Assembly (NCBI GenBank): GCA_963733035.1
Contig: CAVTBU010000005.1
Span: 672,001 to 736,000 of the forward strand
Source of the DNA: Pirellulales bacterium
Lineage (GTDB): Bacteria; Planctomycetota; Planctomycetia; Pirellulales; PALSA-1355
Length of the DNA: 64,000 bases
Direction: 5' to 3'
The notes under the pieces were generated by a model. It did not search any database. It saw nothing but the letters and a program-made list of their open reading frames with translations, and had not been told where the DNA came from. Position numbers and translations under genes: made by a program. Below, piece after piece: positions 40,364 through 53,539 of this stretch (within the stretch, counting starts at the first letter, position 1; each line of letters starts with the position of its first letter).

Positions 40364-42696
40364 ACTCCGCACTCGACGCCTTTTTGCGTTCGTGGCCCTC
40401 CGAGCCTGGCTTGGTTGCGATGCTCGCGGCATCGGGCGCGGTGTATTTTCGCGGCTGGCGAAAACTGCGTCGCCATGACGCGGATCGTTGGAATTTCGGC
40501 CGGCTGGCGACCTTCTGGGGCGGCCTGCTGACGATCTTCGCGGCGCTTGCTTCGCCGATCGAGCCGTTTGCCAATCTGCTGTTGCAAGTGCACATGCTCC
40601 AGCACATGCTGCTGCTCGTCGCGGCACCGCCGCTCATTTGGCTTGGCGCGCCTCTGCTGCCGATGCTGCGGGGGCTGCCCAAGCGGTTGCGGGTTTCGTT
40701 CGTCGTACCGATCTTACGATCGCCGGTGGTGCGCGATGCCTTTACATTCTTAGTGCATCCGCTCGTGGCCTGGCCGTTGCTGGTCGGTGTTGTCTGGCTC
40801 TGGCACTCTCCGCGCGGCTATGAGCTTGCGCTCGACGACCCGGCGTGGCATGTTATCGAACATCTCAGCTTTACGGTCGCCGCCCTGCTGTTTTGGTTTC
40901 CCGTGGTGTTGCCATATCCCAGCCGGCCGCGCTGGTCGCGCTGGATTGTCTTGCCGTATTTGATCCTGGCGGACGTGCAGAACACGATTCTGGCTGCCTG
41001 GCTTACGTTTGCCGCGGTACCAATTTATCCCCACTACAGCGAAGTTCCGCGGGTGGGCGGTTGGTCTCCGCTGGCAGACCAACACGTCGCCGGCGTGTTG
41101 ATGTGGGTTCCCGGATCACTTGCGTTCCTACTACCCGTGTGCGTAATCGGTGTGCGAATGCTTTATGGCCCGTCGCAAACACGAACCGTGATGCGACGCA
41201 AAGGCGTACCGTCTTTGGGCGCGCTACCGGTCCTGACGGAACACGACCTTCGCGCCAAGCCACGCGTTTCGCACGCGCCGGCGTGGGACCTTCTCAGGGT
41301 GCCGCTAGTCGGCCGCTTCCTACGTCGCCGGTGGGCTCGTCCGGGATTGCAACTTATCATGCTGGGCTTGGCGGTGCTTGTGATCCTAGACGGACTATTG
41401 GGGCCTCGCGTCGGCCCGGCAAATCTGGCGGGCGTCGCTCCCTGGATTCACTGGCGCGGACTCGTGATGTTGGGGCTGCTTGTGGGCGGAAACTTGTTCT
41501 GTATGGCCTGCCCCTTTACCTTGCCACGCAAGCTGGCCCAACGCTGGCTACCCGAGGGCAGAAGTTGGCCGAGAGCCCTAAGAAGCAAATGGCTTGCGAT
41601 CGTGCTGGTTGCATTGTTCCTTTGGAGTTATGAAGCGTTCTCCTTGTGGAACAGTCCTTGGCTGACCGCCTGGATCGCGGTGGCCTACTTTGTCGCGGCG
41701 TTTGCAGTCGACGGACTGTTTCGAGGCGCGGCTTTCTGCAAATATGTCTGTCCGATCGGCCAGTTCAACTTCGTGCAGTCGCTTGTCTCTCCGCTGGAGG
41801 TCGGCGTGCGTCAGCCAGCCATCTGCGCTGGCTGCAGCAGCAAAGAGTGCATTCGCGGTAGTGCGGCTGCGGCTGGCTGCGGCATGCAGCTGTTTCAACC
41901 GCGCAAAAACGGCAACTTTGATTGCACTTTTTGTTTCGATTGCGTGCAGGCCTGCCCACACGAAAATGTTGGCGTGTTCGCGACATTTTCCGCCGGTCGA
42001 CTCGCCGATACGCGATTGTTCCGCTCGGGAATTGGTCGGTTAGGCCAGCGCGGCGACGTGGCGGCGCTCGTATTGCTGTTAGTGTTCGGCGCGTTTGCCA
42101 ATGCCGGAGGCATGATTGGCCCCGTCGTGGCTTGGCAGGACGACTTGCGATTGCGGTTCGGCAATCCGCCACACATTGCGGCCGTGAGCGTGTATTATTT
42201 TATAGCCATTGTCGTTGCACCGCTGATGGTCGTCTCGCTGGCCGCGATGGCTAGTGGTTTGTGGAACGGCACGGCACGGTCGCTGTTCCGCATTGCCACG
42301 CGCTACGCCTATGCGTTGATCCCTTTGGGGTTCGGCATGTGGCTGGCACATCATGGATTTCATCTCTTTACGAGTTACGGCACGATCGTGCCCGTGGCTC
42401 AACGGATGACGATCGATTTCGGCTTCTCGAATTTGACCGAGCCGCAATGGCAACATGCCTGCTGCCTGGGCGTAGCCGATTGGATCATCAAATTCGAGCT
42501 GCTGGCGCTCGATGTGGGGCTGATTGGTTCTCTGATGGTCGCTTATCGCGTCGCAGTGGATGACGTCGGCCAGGGAAGACGGGCATTGGCAGCCATGCTG
42601 CCCTGGGCTCTGGTCATCTGCACCTTGTTTGCCATCGGTGTGTGGATTGTGCTGGAGCCGATGCAGATGCGCGGCACATTGCCGATGGGTGGATGA
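40360..42696 (+). CDS. CtaG-like oxidase assembly domain fused to a membrane 4Fe-4S (NapH/CcoG-like) domain
   Basis: ALASP, HMLQHMLL...APPLI, WLWH, HVIEH, DQ..AG.LMWVPG; then FCMACP, FCKYVCPIG, CAGC...C...C, CTFCFDCVQACP. Confidence 0.8.
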   Translation: MNSALDAFLRSWPSEPGLVAMLAASGAVYFRGWRKLRRHDADRWNFGRLATFWGGLLTIFAALASPIEPFANLLLQVHMLQHMLLLVAAPPLIWLGAPLLPMLRGLPKRLRVSFVVPILRSPVVRDAFTFLVHPLVAWPLLVGVVWLWHSPRGYELALDDPAWHVIEHLSFTVAALLFWFPVVLPYPSRPRWSRWIVLPYLILADVQNTILAAWLTFAAVPIYPHYSEVPRVGGWSPLADQHVAGVLMWVPGSLAFLLPVCVIGVRMLYGPSQTRTVMRRKGVPSLGALPVLTEHDLRAKPRVSHAPAWDLLRVPLVGRFLRRRWARPGLQLIMLGLAVLVILDGLLGPRVGPANLAGVAPWIHWRGLVMLGLLVGGNLFCMACPFTLPRKLAQRWLPEGRSWPRALRSKWLAIVLVALFLWSYEAFSLWNSPWLTAWIAVAYFVAAFAVDGLFRGAAFCKYVCPIGQFNFVQSLVSPLEVGVRQPAICAGCSSKECIRGSAAAAGCGMQLFQPRKNGNFDCTFCFDCVQACPHENVGVFATFSAGRLADTRLFRSGIGRLGQRGDVAALVLLLVFGAFANAGGMIGPVVAWQDDLRLRFGNPPHIAAVSVYYFIAIVVAPLMVVSLAAMASGLWNGTARSLFRIATRYAYALIPLGFGMWLAHHGFHLFTSYGTIVPVAQRMTIDFGFSNLTEPQWQHACCLGVADWIIKFELLALDVGLIGSLMVAYRVAVDDVGQGRRALAAMLPWALVICTLFAIGVWIVLEPMQMRGTLPMGG

Positions 42697-42703
42697 CCTT
42701 GTT

Positions 42704-43243
42704 ATGAAACTCACAAATCGACGCCGCTGGATGTTTGCCGCCGTCTTGACTGTTTGGTTCCTGGCCTCTCGGCCCGAGCTTGCCGGGGCCGACGGCGGTA
42801 CCGTTCGGGCGATCGTACGCGACGGCGGACTTCAGATTTCGGTTTTTACGTCTCCCGTCGTCCTGGTGGCGGGGGACGCGGACATCAGCATTCTCGTGCA
42901 GGACGCTGATACCCTGGCCACACTTCCGGTGGCGCACGTGGAGATATTCATGGTGCCCCGGGGTCGCAACTATGCTGCCGAGCGGCATCTTGCCACGACC
43001 GAAGCCGCGACGAACAAGTTGTTCCGAGCATGCCATGTGCAATTGACCCCTGGATTGTACGACGTCGAGGTCGCCGCCATGACAGACAATCGCCACGGGC
43101 AGGCGACATTCACAATGCAAGTCGCCCCCCCACCGACCAAAGCTACGATGTTTTGGCCATGGTTCAGCTGGCCGGCCGTGCCAATCCTGTTGCTGGCCGC
43201 CCACGCATGGCGCCGTCGGACGCGAGATGCCCGAGCCGTGTAA
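42704..43243 (+). CDS. Exported Ig-like protein with C-terminal TM anchor (possibly YtkA/FixH-like)
   Basis: Signal peptide, beta-rich VFTSP..L.AGDADISILVQD...ATNKL...PGLYDVEV, C-terminal hydrophobic segment with basic tail. Confidence 0.5.
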   Translation: MKLTNRRRWMFAAVLTVWFLASRPELAGADGGTVRAIVRDGGLQISVFTSPVVLVAGDADISILVQDADTLATLPVAHVEIFMVPRGRNYAAERHLATTEAATNKLFRACHVQLTPGLYDVEVAAMTDNRHGQATFTMQVAPPPTKATMFWPWFSWPAVPILLLAAHAWRRRTRDARAV

Positions 43244-43268
43244 CGCCGGCTATCCCGATCCGACTAAC
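43239..43268 (+). promoter_or_regulatory. Candidate ECF sigma promoter, copy 1 (TGTAACG-N15-CGACTAAC)
   Basis: Bipartite motif identical to that at 57354-57383; ~95 bp upstream of the redoxin gene. Confidence 0.55.
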
Positions 43269-43363
43269 CGTGGGGCGGACGGTGGGGCCGACACGATCTA
43301 TAATCAGATCCGTTCGACGGAGGGGCTCGTCATCGTCAACGAGCACGGAGAAAGGCACATCGC

Positions 43364-44404
43364 ATGTACGCAAAATTTGAACAGACGCTTGGCTGGCAGG
43401 TCGGCATTTGGATCGCTAGCCTGATTATTTCATTAACAAACGAACTGGCGTCGGCCGCCAAACCAGATGCCGCCGAGATTCCGGCCCCGGCTTACGTTAC
43501 GTTAATGATGGCCCGCGACCCGGCAGTGCAATCGGAGTTGAAACTCACTGCCGCGCAACTTACCGCGGTCAAAGCAGCGATTGCGGAGGTCGATCAGCCG
43601 TTTTGGCAATTGCGCGACGTGCCTCCGCAAAAGTGCGCCGAGAAACTCGATGCCGGCTTGCTCAAGCTCCGTGCGCGACTGGCCAAGGCCATGACGCCCG
43701 ACCAGCTCATACGTTTCGATCAGCTTGTCATGCAAGCCCGCGGCGCACGCGCTTTGGTCGCCCCCGATGTGCGCCAGCGGCTTAAGTTGGGCGAGGTCCA
43801 GGTCGCGAAGATCGACGAATTGGTGGCCGGGACAAAGGAGGGCGGGCTCGACTCACAACAGGTGATGGCCCTACTAACTCCCGAACAACAATCGCAATTG
43901 ACGACGATGTTCGGCCCGCAGTTCGACTTGAGCCGCGTTACTCGCGTCGGTTGCATGGCCCCCGAAATTCGGTCGGTCAGCGCGTGGGTCAATAGCCAGC
44001 CGCTAACGCTCGAAGCGCTGCGCGGGAAGGTCGTCATCGTGCACTTCTGGGCCTTTGGATGCATCAATTGCATCCACAATCTGCCGCACTATCAGGCCTG
44101 GTACGACAAGTTTCCACAGTCAGACGTGACGATTATCGGCATCCATACTCCGGAGACATCCGCCGAGCGTGACTTGAGCAACCTGCAAGCAAATATCGCC
44201 GAGCGGGGAATTAAGTATCCTGTGGCTTTCGACGCCGCCGCCGAGAATTGGAAAGCGTGGGCAAATAACGTGTGGCCGGCGGTCTACCTGATCGATCGCC
44301 GCGGTCAGGTGCGAGCCTGGTGGTATGGCGAGTTAAACTGGCAAGGGGCGCGCGGCGAAGAGTCAATGCGCAAACAAATCGAGGCGCTCGTCTCAGAGCA
44401 ATGA
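43364..44404 (+). CDS. Exported redoxin (DipZ/TlpA-like thioredoxin domain) with N-terminal helical domain
   Basis: W.NSQPLTL..LRGKVV.VHFWAFGCINC, IGIHTPE, YPVA.D, W..WPA.YLID..G. Confidence 0.85.
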   Translation: MYAKFEQTLGWQVGIWIASLIISLTNELASAAKPDAAEIPAPAYVTLMMARDPAVQSELKLTAAQLTAVKAAIAEVDQPFWQLRDVPPQKCAEKLDAGLLKLRARLAKAMTPDQLIRFDQLVMQARGARALVAPDVRQRLKLGEVQVAKIDELVAGTKEGGLDSQQVMALLTPEQQSQLTTMFGPQFDLSRVTRVGCMAPEIRSVSAWVNSQPLTLEALRGKVVIVHFWAFGCINCIHNLPHYQAWYDKFPQSDVTIIGIHTPETSAERDLSNLQANIAERGIKYPVAFDAAAENWKAWANNVWPAVYLIDRRGQVRAWWYGELNWQGARGEESMRKQIEALVSEQ

Positions 44405-44434
44405 CGCCGACACAAGCGCCGCTGACGTGGGAAG

Positions 44435-45151
44435 CTACGGCCGCTGGTCGCGCGGCTGGCCCCCCCGAGCGAACTCGTTCAACCCAGCAGACGGGTTTGA
44501 CGCCAGATTCAGATTCAGGCTTCGCAGGAGATGAAAGTCCTGGCCATGAATGAATTGGCAGCCAATTAGATAGTTGGGGCCGACGCAGAGCGACCAGCGA
44601 ACCTTTAGTCGCAGCGTTTCTTCGCCATTTGGCGTTTGGACCAGCGTGTGAATACTGCGCGTTTGTTCCGGCGCCTGGCTGGTCATCAAACATAGACCAC
44701 CCTCGGAAAGGTCGCGAATCATTCCTGGTATGCGCGGTGCTTCACGCGACCAGCGTATGTCGACGGGAATTCGCGTTTGAAACCGTATGGCCGATCGCCG
44801 CTCGAGCAGGCCGCTGGCTACCAGTTCGGCAAATCGTGTTTCGCTCATTCGCTTGTCGAACTCGCACTCAATCAACCAGTCGCCCGTCGGGTTGAGCCGG
44901 GCCCAGGCGATTTCGCCGAAAATTACCAGCGTGCGCGTGAGCTTTGAGCTGACCAATCTCAGTCGACAACGACAGGGTAGTTCCGGCGGTCCGGCGACCA
45001 GCAATTTGGCACTGGCCGCCGAAATCTCCCGCAACTCCGCGCCGCAGTCGGCCGGCAGTTCTCCATCGCTGGGAGAGAGAATCATGGCATCGACCAACTC
45101 TGGATGAACCAAAGGATAGGAGCGGTCGCACCTGGTAGACGCTATCGACAT
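44435..45151 (-). CDS. Tandem PilZ-domain protein
   Basis: C-terminal domain with ERRSAIRF (RxxxR) and DLSEGG (D/NxSxxG), VRW...IGCQF; degenerate N-terminal PilZ (EISAAS...IAW...IECEF). Confidence 0.75.
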   Translation of the reverse strand: MSIASTRCDRSYPLVHPELVDAMILSPSDGELPADCGAELREISAASAKLLVAGPPELPCRCRLRLVSSKLTRTLVIFGEIAWARLNPTGDWLIECEFDKRMSETRFAELVASGLLERRSAIRFQTRIPVDIRWSREAPRIPGMIRDLSEGGLCLMTSQAPEQTRSIHTLVQTPNGEETLRLKVRWSLCVGPNYLIGCQFIHGQDFHLLRSLNLNLASNPSAGLNEFARGGQPRDQRP

Positions 45152-45594
45152 GGTCAAACTCGTGGTTTCAATTGGGAGGCTGAACTCCCAACTGTAGGTC
45201 GAGACGGCGCGTTGTGGGAGCAAAAAAACCAGTACGGACCTGGACAATCGAGGGCGTGACAACGCGCGGCATGTACACGGCAATGCTGCGCATGCCCTAA
45301 AGTCTGCCTTGCCAGCCGGTAAAATCGCTACGATTTTCCTACGTGCACTGCCATCGCCGACTTACGTGACCCGCATTCGTCGGCCGCTCGCGAAAGTCGT
45401 AATTGCTTGCCCGCGCATACCAATTGGCAATGCCGTCAGATAGCACACGCAATCAAGGCGATAAACGCAAGTTACTTGCGAATTTCATGGACAGCTAGCA
45501 TCGAATTTAATCATAATCTACGTGACTTGTCGGGTTTGGCTTCCGTGGCGCGAAGCAACAAGTCCCCCTCTCTCTTCCGCGGCAATTGCACGTC

Positions 45595-48229
45595 ATGGCG
45601 AACGTGGTCGATCCGAATTCCTGGCGCATGATTCCACTCCCAGATCCCCAACGTACCGGGCCGACCGCCGACCCTATCGGCTCCGAGGTCCAGGCACCGG
45701 AAAGTTTGGCCGCCTCGCGGCAATCAACCATCGACGTGTTGACCACTGTTCTCGAGGGATCCTTCGCGGCCCCTGGTGACCGAGTTGTGTGGAACCTGTC
45801 GGAACGTCTGTCGAATTTAGCCGCAGACGGGAAGCAGCTGCGTGTCGATTCACAACATGAGATTGCCGCGCCAGCCGCCCAATTTCCAGAGCAACCTGGC
45901 GTCGATTCCGAAGCGCCTGCACCACGGCCGTGGCTGGTGCTGGTGGAAAATGCGAGCGGCGTCCAAACGGTTACGCAGGCCGAGCGACTGCGCAGCGATC
46001 GATCTTGAATCGCAACTTCTCGTCGTACTTTGCGATGTGGACGATTCTCAGCTACGACACGTTGACACGCACGAAGCAAGTGGGGCCGCGCGTGTCGCGG
46101 ACCGGTTGCAATGCGATTTTGTAGGCCCATTGGACGCGGCCAACCCGGGCCAGCTGAGCGAGGCCTTGGCGCGTGTCAAGCAGAGTGGTCGGTCGACCGT
46201 TTTATATGTTGACGCACGGACTTTGCAGGCCCCAGCCCCTCATTTCGCACCGGTTGACCGAGCGTCAGACGGCGAATCGACGGTCGGCGCTGGAGAGCGG
46301 CTGCGGGATATCGCGTCGGGGGCTCTGGCAACGCTGGCCGCCAACGATCGGCGAATTGCCGTGTATTCAGCAGACGACGATTCGCTGTTCAAGACGACAG
46401 CCGAATCCAGTATTTCGCAAGAATTGCCGCTCGATGAGCGCGTGCCGATGGCCATCGACCAATGCGCCTCCCTCGCCGCGCGGGGCGGCAAACCGTTTCT
46501 CTTTATGTCGGCAGACGAAGTGCAGAACCATCTCGGTCGTATTCGTCGCGAGATTTGCCTCGATCGACGTGGGGTGACGCTCGTCATCGAGGCACGCCGT
46601 GCTGGCGCGGTGTCCGAAGTCATCGGTTCGGCGAGTCTGTCGGGCATTCGCCACTTGCCAGACATTTCATTGTTGGCACCTAAGGACGGCACCGAGCTTT
46701 GTCAGATGCTTACTTGGTGCGTGGATCAAGCTGACCCGGCGGTGATTTGGCTTTCCGAACAGTGGGAGCCACCGGTTCACTGGCCGCCAGGTGACGAAAT
46801 TGTCCGCGGTCGCGCCGAGCGACTGGGAAAAGGGACGGACGTGACGATTATCGCGTGGGGCTCCCAGGCCGCTGCGGCCGCGATTGCAGCGGAGAATCTG
46901 GCACAGCAGGGCATCGTTGCCACGGTTGTCAACGCCCGCTTCGCGCAACCACTCGATGTAGAGACCTTGGCCCGCGCTTGCTCCGACGCGGCCTACTTGG
47001 TGATTGTGGATGATGCTCCGGCCGGGGGCGGCTTTGCGGGATGGGTCTCGGAGCAGCTTGTCCGACGAGGAGTCGTGCAGAGTATTACGATCGTTTCCTC
47101 TGCGAATCTCTCGGAACGCTCCCATTCCGACGACCCGCATGACCAGTTGGCGTCGCACATTGTTGATCGCTGCCGTTGGCTGAGCGAGCCGATGTTCGGC
47201 CAACGGGTTGATCCGGAAATGCGGGTCGTGTCGGTGGAGAGGCCCGTATTTCCGAGCTACCCGGTAGCGCGGATTTTCGAGACGGCAGGGAGTTCGGACG
47301 TTCAGCAGCAAATCCTTGCGCAGCAATTCAGTCCGTTCATCCAGCGTTGGGTCGAGCGATACGCTCTGGTCGGCAGCCGTGACGTATATTTGTGGCGTTG
47401 GTGTTTGCACGGACTGGGGTTGACGACGCTGTCGTGCGTCCCGGTGGCGTTGCGCCATGATTTGTGCGATACGAAGCTGCTGGCGGTGATGTATGGCGTC
47501 ATGCTAGACGACGTGGCCGACCAGGCGGGAGGCGACGAATTTCTAGCGGCCCTGATCGGCATCATCGCCGGTGAGTCGGAGCGCAATTTTGGCGCGTTCT
47601 CCAGTGAACAGCAAGAGTACGCTCGGTTTACATGCGATTTGTGGGACACGTTTCGAGGTCGTCTGGAATGCTCTCCCTGCTACCAGGAATACGCAGAGCT
47701 GTTGGACTACGACCATCGGCAGATCCTCAACACGTTTGCGTACTCTTGCATGGTGAACAAGCATCCGGCGCTGCTCAACGTGCAAGAACACGACATGTAC
47801 ATGCCACACAACATGCAAATGATGAGTTTTGCCACGATGGACCTGATGTGCTCGCCGAAGTTCGATCGAAACGAACTCGGGAGATTGCGAGAGGTGATCT
47901 GGCACGCGCAGAGCATGGGGCGTATCGGCAACCTCGTCAGCACGTGGCAGCGAGAGATTGCGGATCGAGATTTTACCAGTGGAGTATTCGCCCGAGCATT
48001 GCGGCAAGGCGACCTGACGCCGGACGACCTGCGTTCGGCATCGGCCGAGTCGATCGAAGCGGCCGTTCGGCGTGGCGGACACGAACAATATTTCTTCCAG
48101 AAATGGGAGACGCACCGGCGTTGCATCCTGGGGTTGGCTCCGGACATCCATAGCGTCGACGTGGGTCAGTTGCTAGGGGCGCTGACCCAGCTGATGGACA
48201 TGGAGATCCATAGTCGCGGTTTGAAATAG
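45595..48229 (+). CDS. Degenerate DXS-like (transketolase-fold) protein fused to a class I terpene-synthase-like domain (frameshift near 45990)
   Basis: Colinear with DXS: SFAAPGDRVVWNL, LLVVLCD, FVGPLDAAN, LAARGGKP, IRHLPDISLLAPKDGTE, GTDVTIIAWGS, VVNARFAQPLD, GGFAG; C-terminal ~310 aa helical domain with LDDVAD and GNLVSTWQRE. Confidence 0.7.
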
Positions 48230-48279
48230 CGCGTTTTTGCGCCCGGCACTTGATGTCGGGGCCGAGTGAAGTGCATGCG

Positions 48280-51386
<3,107 letters not shown>

Positions 51387-51390
<4 letters not shown>

Positions 51391-52556
51391 AGCGAGAAAT
51401 ACTCTACGTCGACGATGAAATGGAGAATCTGGTCGTTTTTGAGGCCACGTTCGAGGACTATTTCGACGTCGTTACCGCCTCGAGCGGAGCCGAAGCGTTG
51501 GCCCTGCTCGAGCAGCGCTCATTCCCCGTCGTCGTCGCCGATCAGCGAATGCCCAAGATGAGCGGTGCCGAGCTATTCGAAGTCATGCGGCGTAAGTTTC
51601 CGCACACGAAACGGATCATGCTTACCGGGTACGCCGATTCCAAGGCAATGCTTAGTGCCATCAACCAGGGCCAGGTGTTCTATTTCATCAAGAAGCCTTG
51701 GGAGCAGGATGACGTTTTCTCAATTCTGCTGCGGGCCATCGAAGCCTACGACATGTCGCTGTCGAACGTGGTGTTGCAGGATCGACTGGTTGCCGCCGAC
51801 CGCTGCGCCATGCTGGGTCGCTCGGCCGCACGGCTCGCTCACGAAATGGGCAACCAGCTATGTATGTTGCCGCTGCTCGAACTGATTGAGGACGAATACA
51901 GCGATCACGAAGACCTCGTGCGGATGGCGTCGTTCGCGCGATCAACCTACGATCGGCTCGTGCAGATCGTCGAAGAAGTAAAATCCTTCGTTCGTTTCGA
52001 ACGCGAGGAAATGGTTACTCAGCCGCTGGAGTTGTCCGAGGCCGTGCACGAACTGGTGGAGTTCCTGCGCTTTGAACGAAGTCTGCCGATGGACCGCTTG
52101 ACGGTCAATGTGCACGGCGAGAGCTGGGTGCGTGCCAATCGAATCAAGATTCAGCAAGTGCTGATCAATTTATTGAAGAACGCCGAGTTCGCGACACGCA
52201 ATCGCGACGATGGACACATCACGCTCACCTTGTCCAACGAGGGAGAGCGGGCCATCCTCACGGTCGCGGACAACGGATGCGGGATGACGGCTGAGGTGGA
52301 ACAGCGAATCTGGGAACCGTTTTTCACGACCAAGGGTGAGCAGGGCACGGGGCTTGGCCTCGACGTCGCCAAATCGATCATCGAGGGACACGACGGCAGC
52401 ATCGATTGCACCACCGAACCCGGCGCCGGCACTTCGTTCACGATTCGGTTGCCGCGCATCGAACCCACCGATCCCGCCGCGAGCCTACAGCTTCCCATCG
52501 AGGGAACGGCACTCCACGATTTTTCGTCGCTTTCCACCCCGATGTCGCTCAACTAA
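51387..52556 (+). CDS. REC-HisKA-HATPase cytoplasmic hybrid kinase
   Basis: YVDDE, ADQRMP, LTGY, KPW; AHEMGNQL, NLLKNA, DNGCG, FFTTK, GTGLGL; ATGA overlap with the upstream kinase. Confidence 0.9.
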
Positions 52557-52603
52557 ACGCCCAGCCGGACTCCCGGCCCAATGGAGACGGAGATCGTTTG
52601 ACC

Positions 52604-53539
52604 ATGAAGATACTACTGGTTAGCCCTCGCGGTTTTTGTGCGGGCGTCAACATGGCGATCGATGCGCTCGAACAGGCCATCAAAATGTTCGGTACACCGC
52701 TCTACGTGTTCCATGAAATCGTACACAACCGCCATGTCGTGCAGCGGTTCAAGGACAAGGGCGTCGTGTTCGTCGATCACGTGCATGAGGTTCCGCGCGG
52801 CAGCCACCTGATGTACAGCGCCCACGGCATTTCTCCCGCCGTACGAGAACAGGCCCGCGAGCGCGAATTACAAGTCGTCGATGCCACGTGCCCACTCGTC
52901 CGCAAGGTGCATCTCGAAGCGATTCGCTTTGCGCGCTTGGGTTACTCCATCGTCCTGGTTGGCCATCGCGATCACGATGAGGTCGTCGGTACCTTGGGCG
53001 AGGCCCCCGGCCAGATCGTACTCGTGGAAACCGTCGACGACGTCGATCGCCTGCACGTTGCGGATCCCAACAAAGTTGCCTACCTCACGCAAACGACTCT
53101 CAGCGTCGACGACGCGGGCGTTATCATTGATCGACTACGAGCAAGATTTCCCAATTGCGTCGGTTCGCCGAAAGAAGACATTTGCTATGCCACGCAGAAC
53201 CGGCAGGAGGCCCTTAAGGCTGGCGTCGAACGGGCCGACGTCGTCCTGGTTTTTGGCAGCAAGAACAGTTCCAACAGCATCCGTTTGACGGAAGTGGCCG
53301 CCGAGTTCGGCCGTCCGACACATCTGGTTGACAGTGTCGAGGAAATCGATCGCGATTGGTTTCGTGGCGCTGAAACGGTGCTGATCACCGCGGGCGCCAG
53401 CGCGCCGGAGGATCTGGTAATCGCCTGTGTGGATCTGCTGACCCAAGAATTCAATGCGACCGTCGAACGCCTGGCCGTGCGCGATGAGAATGTGGAGTTT
53501 CCCCTCCCGTACGAGATTCGCCCGCTGTCGGCCGGTTGA
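52604..53539 (+). CDS. ispH: 4-hydroxy-3-methylbut-2-enyl diphosphate reductase (LytB)
   Basis: RGFCAGV, EIVHN, SAHG, DATCPLV.KVH, GH..HDEV, QTTLS, ICYATQNRQ, SSNS, TAGASAP; three Fe-S Cys present. Confidence 0.95.
   Translation: MKILLVSPRGFCAGVNMAIDALEQAIKMFGTPLYVFHEIVHNRHVVQRFKDKGVVFVDHVHEVPRGSHLMYSAHGISPAVREQARERELQVVDATCPLVRKVHLEAIRFARLGYSIVLVGHRDHDEVVGTLGEAPGQIVLVETVDDVDRLHVADPNKVAYLTQTTLSVDDAGVIIDRLRARFPNCVGSPKEDICYATQNRQEALKAGVERADVVLVFGSKNSSNSIRLTEVAAEFGRPTHLVDSVEEIDRDWFRGAETVLITAGASAPEDLVIACVDLLTQEFNATVERLAVRDENVEFPLPYEIRPLSAG

Noticed and set aside
28967..44404. tRNA-Ser as the integration site of a genomic island
   Set aside because: No integrase, transposase or duplicated tRNA 3' end seen in the window.
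45595..47200. Calling this a functional dxs
   Set aside because: ThDP-binding and catalytic motifs are absent, so no gene symbol was assigned.
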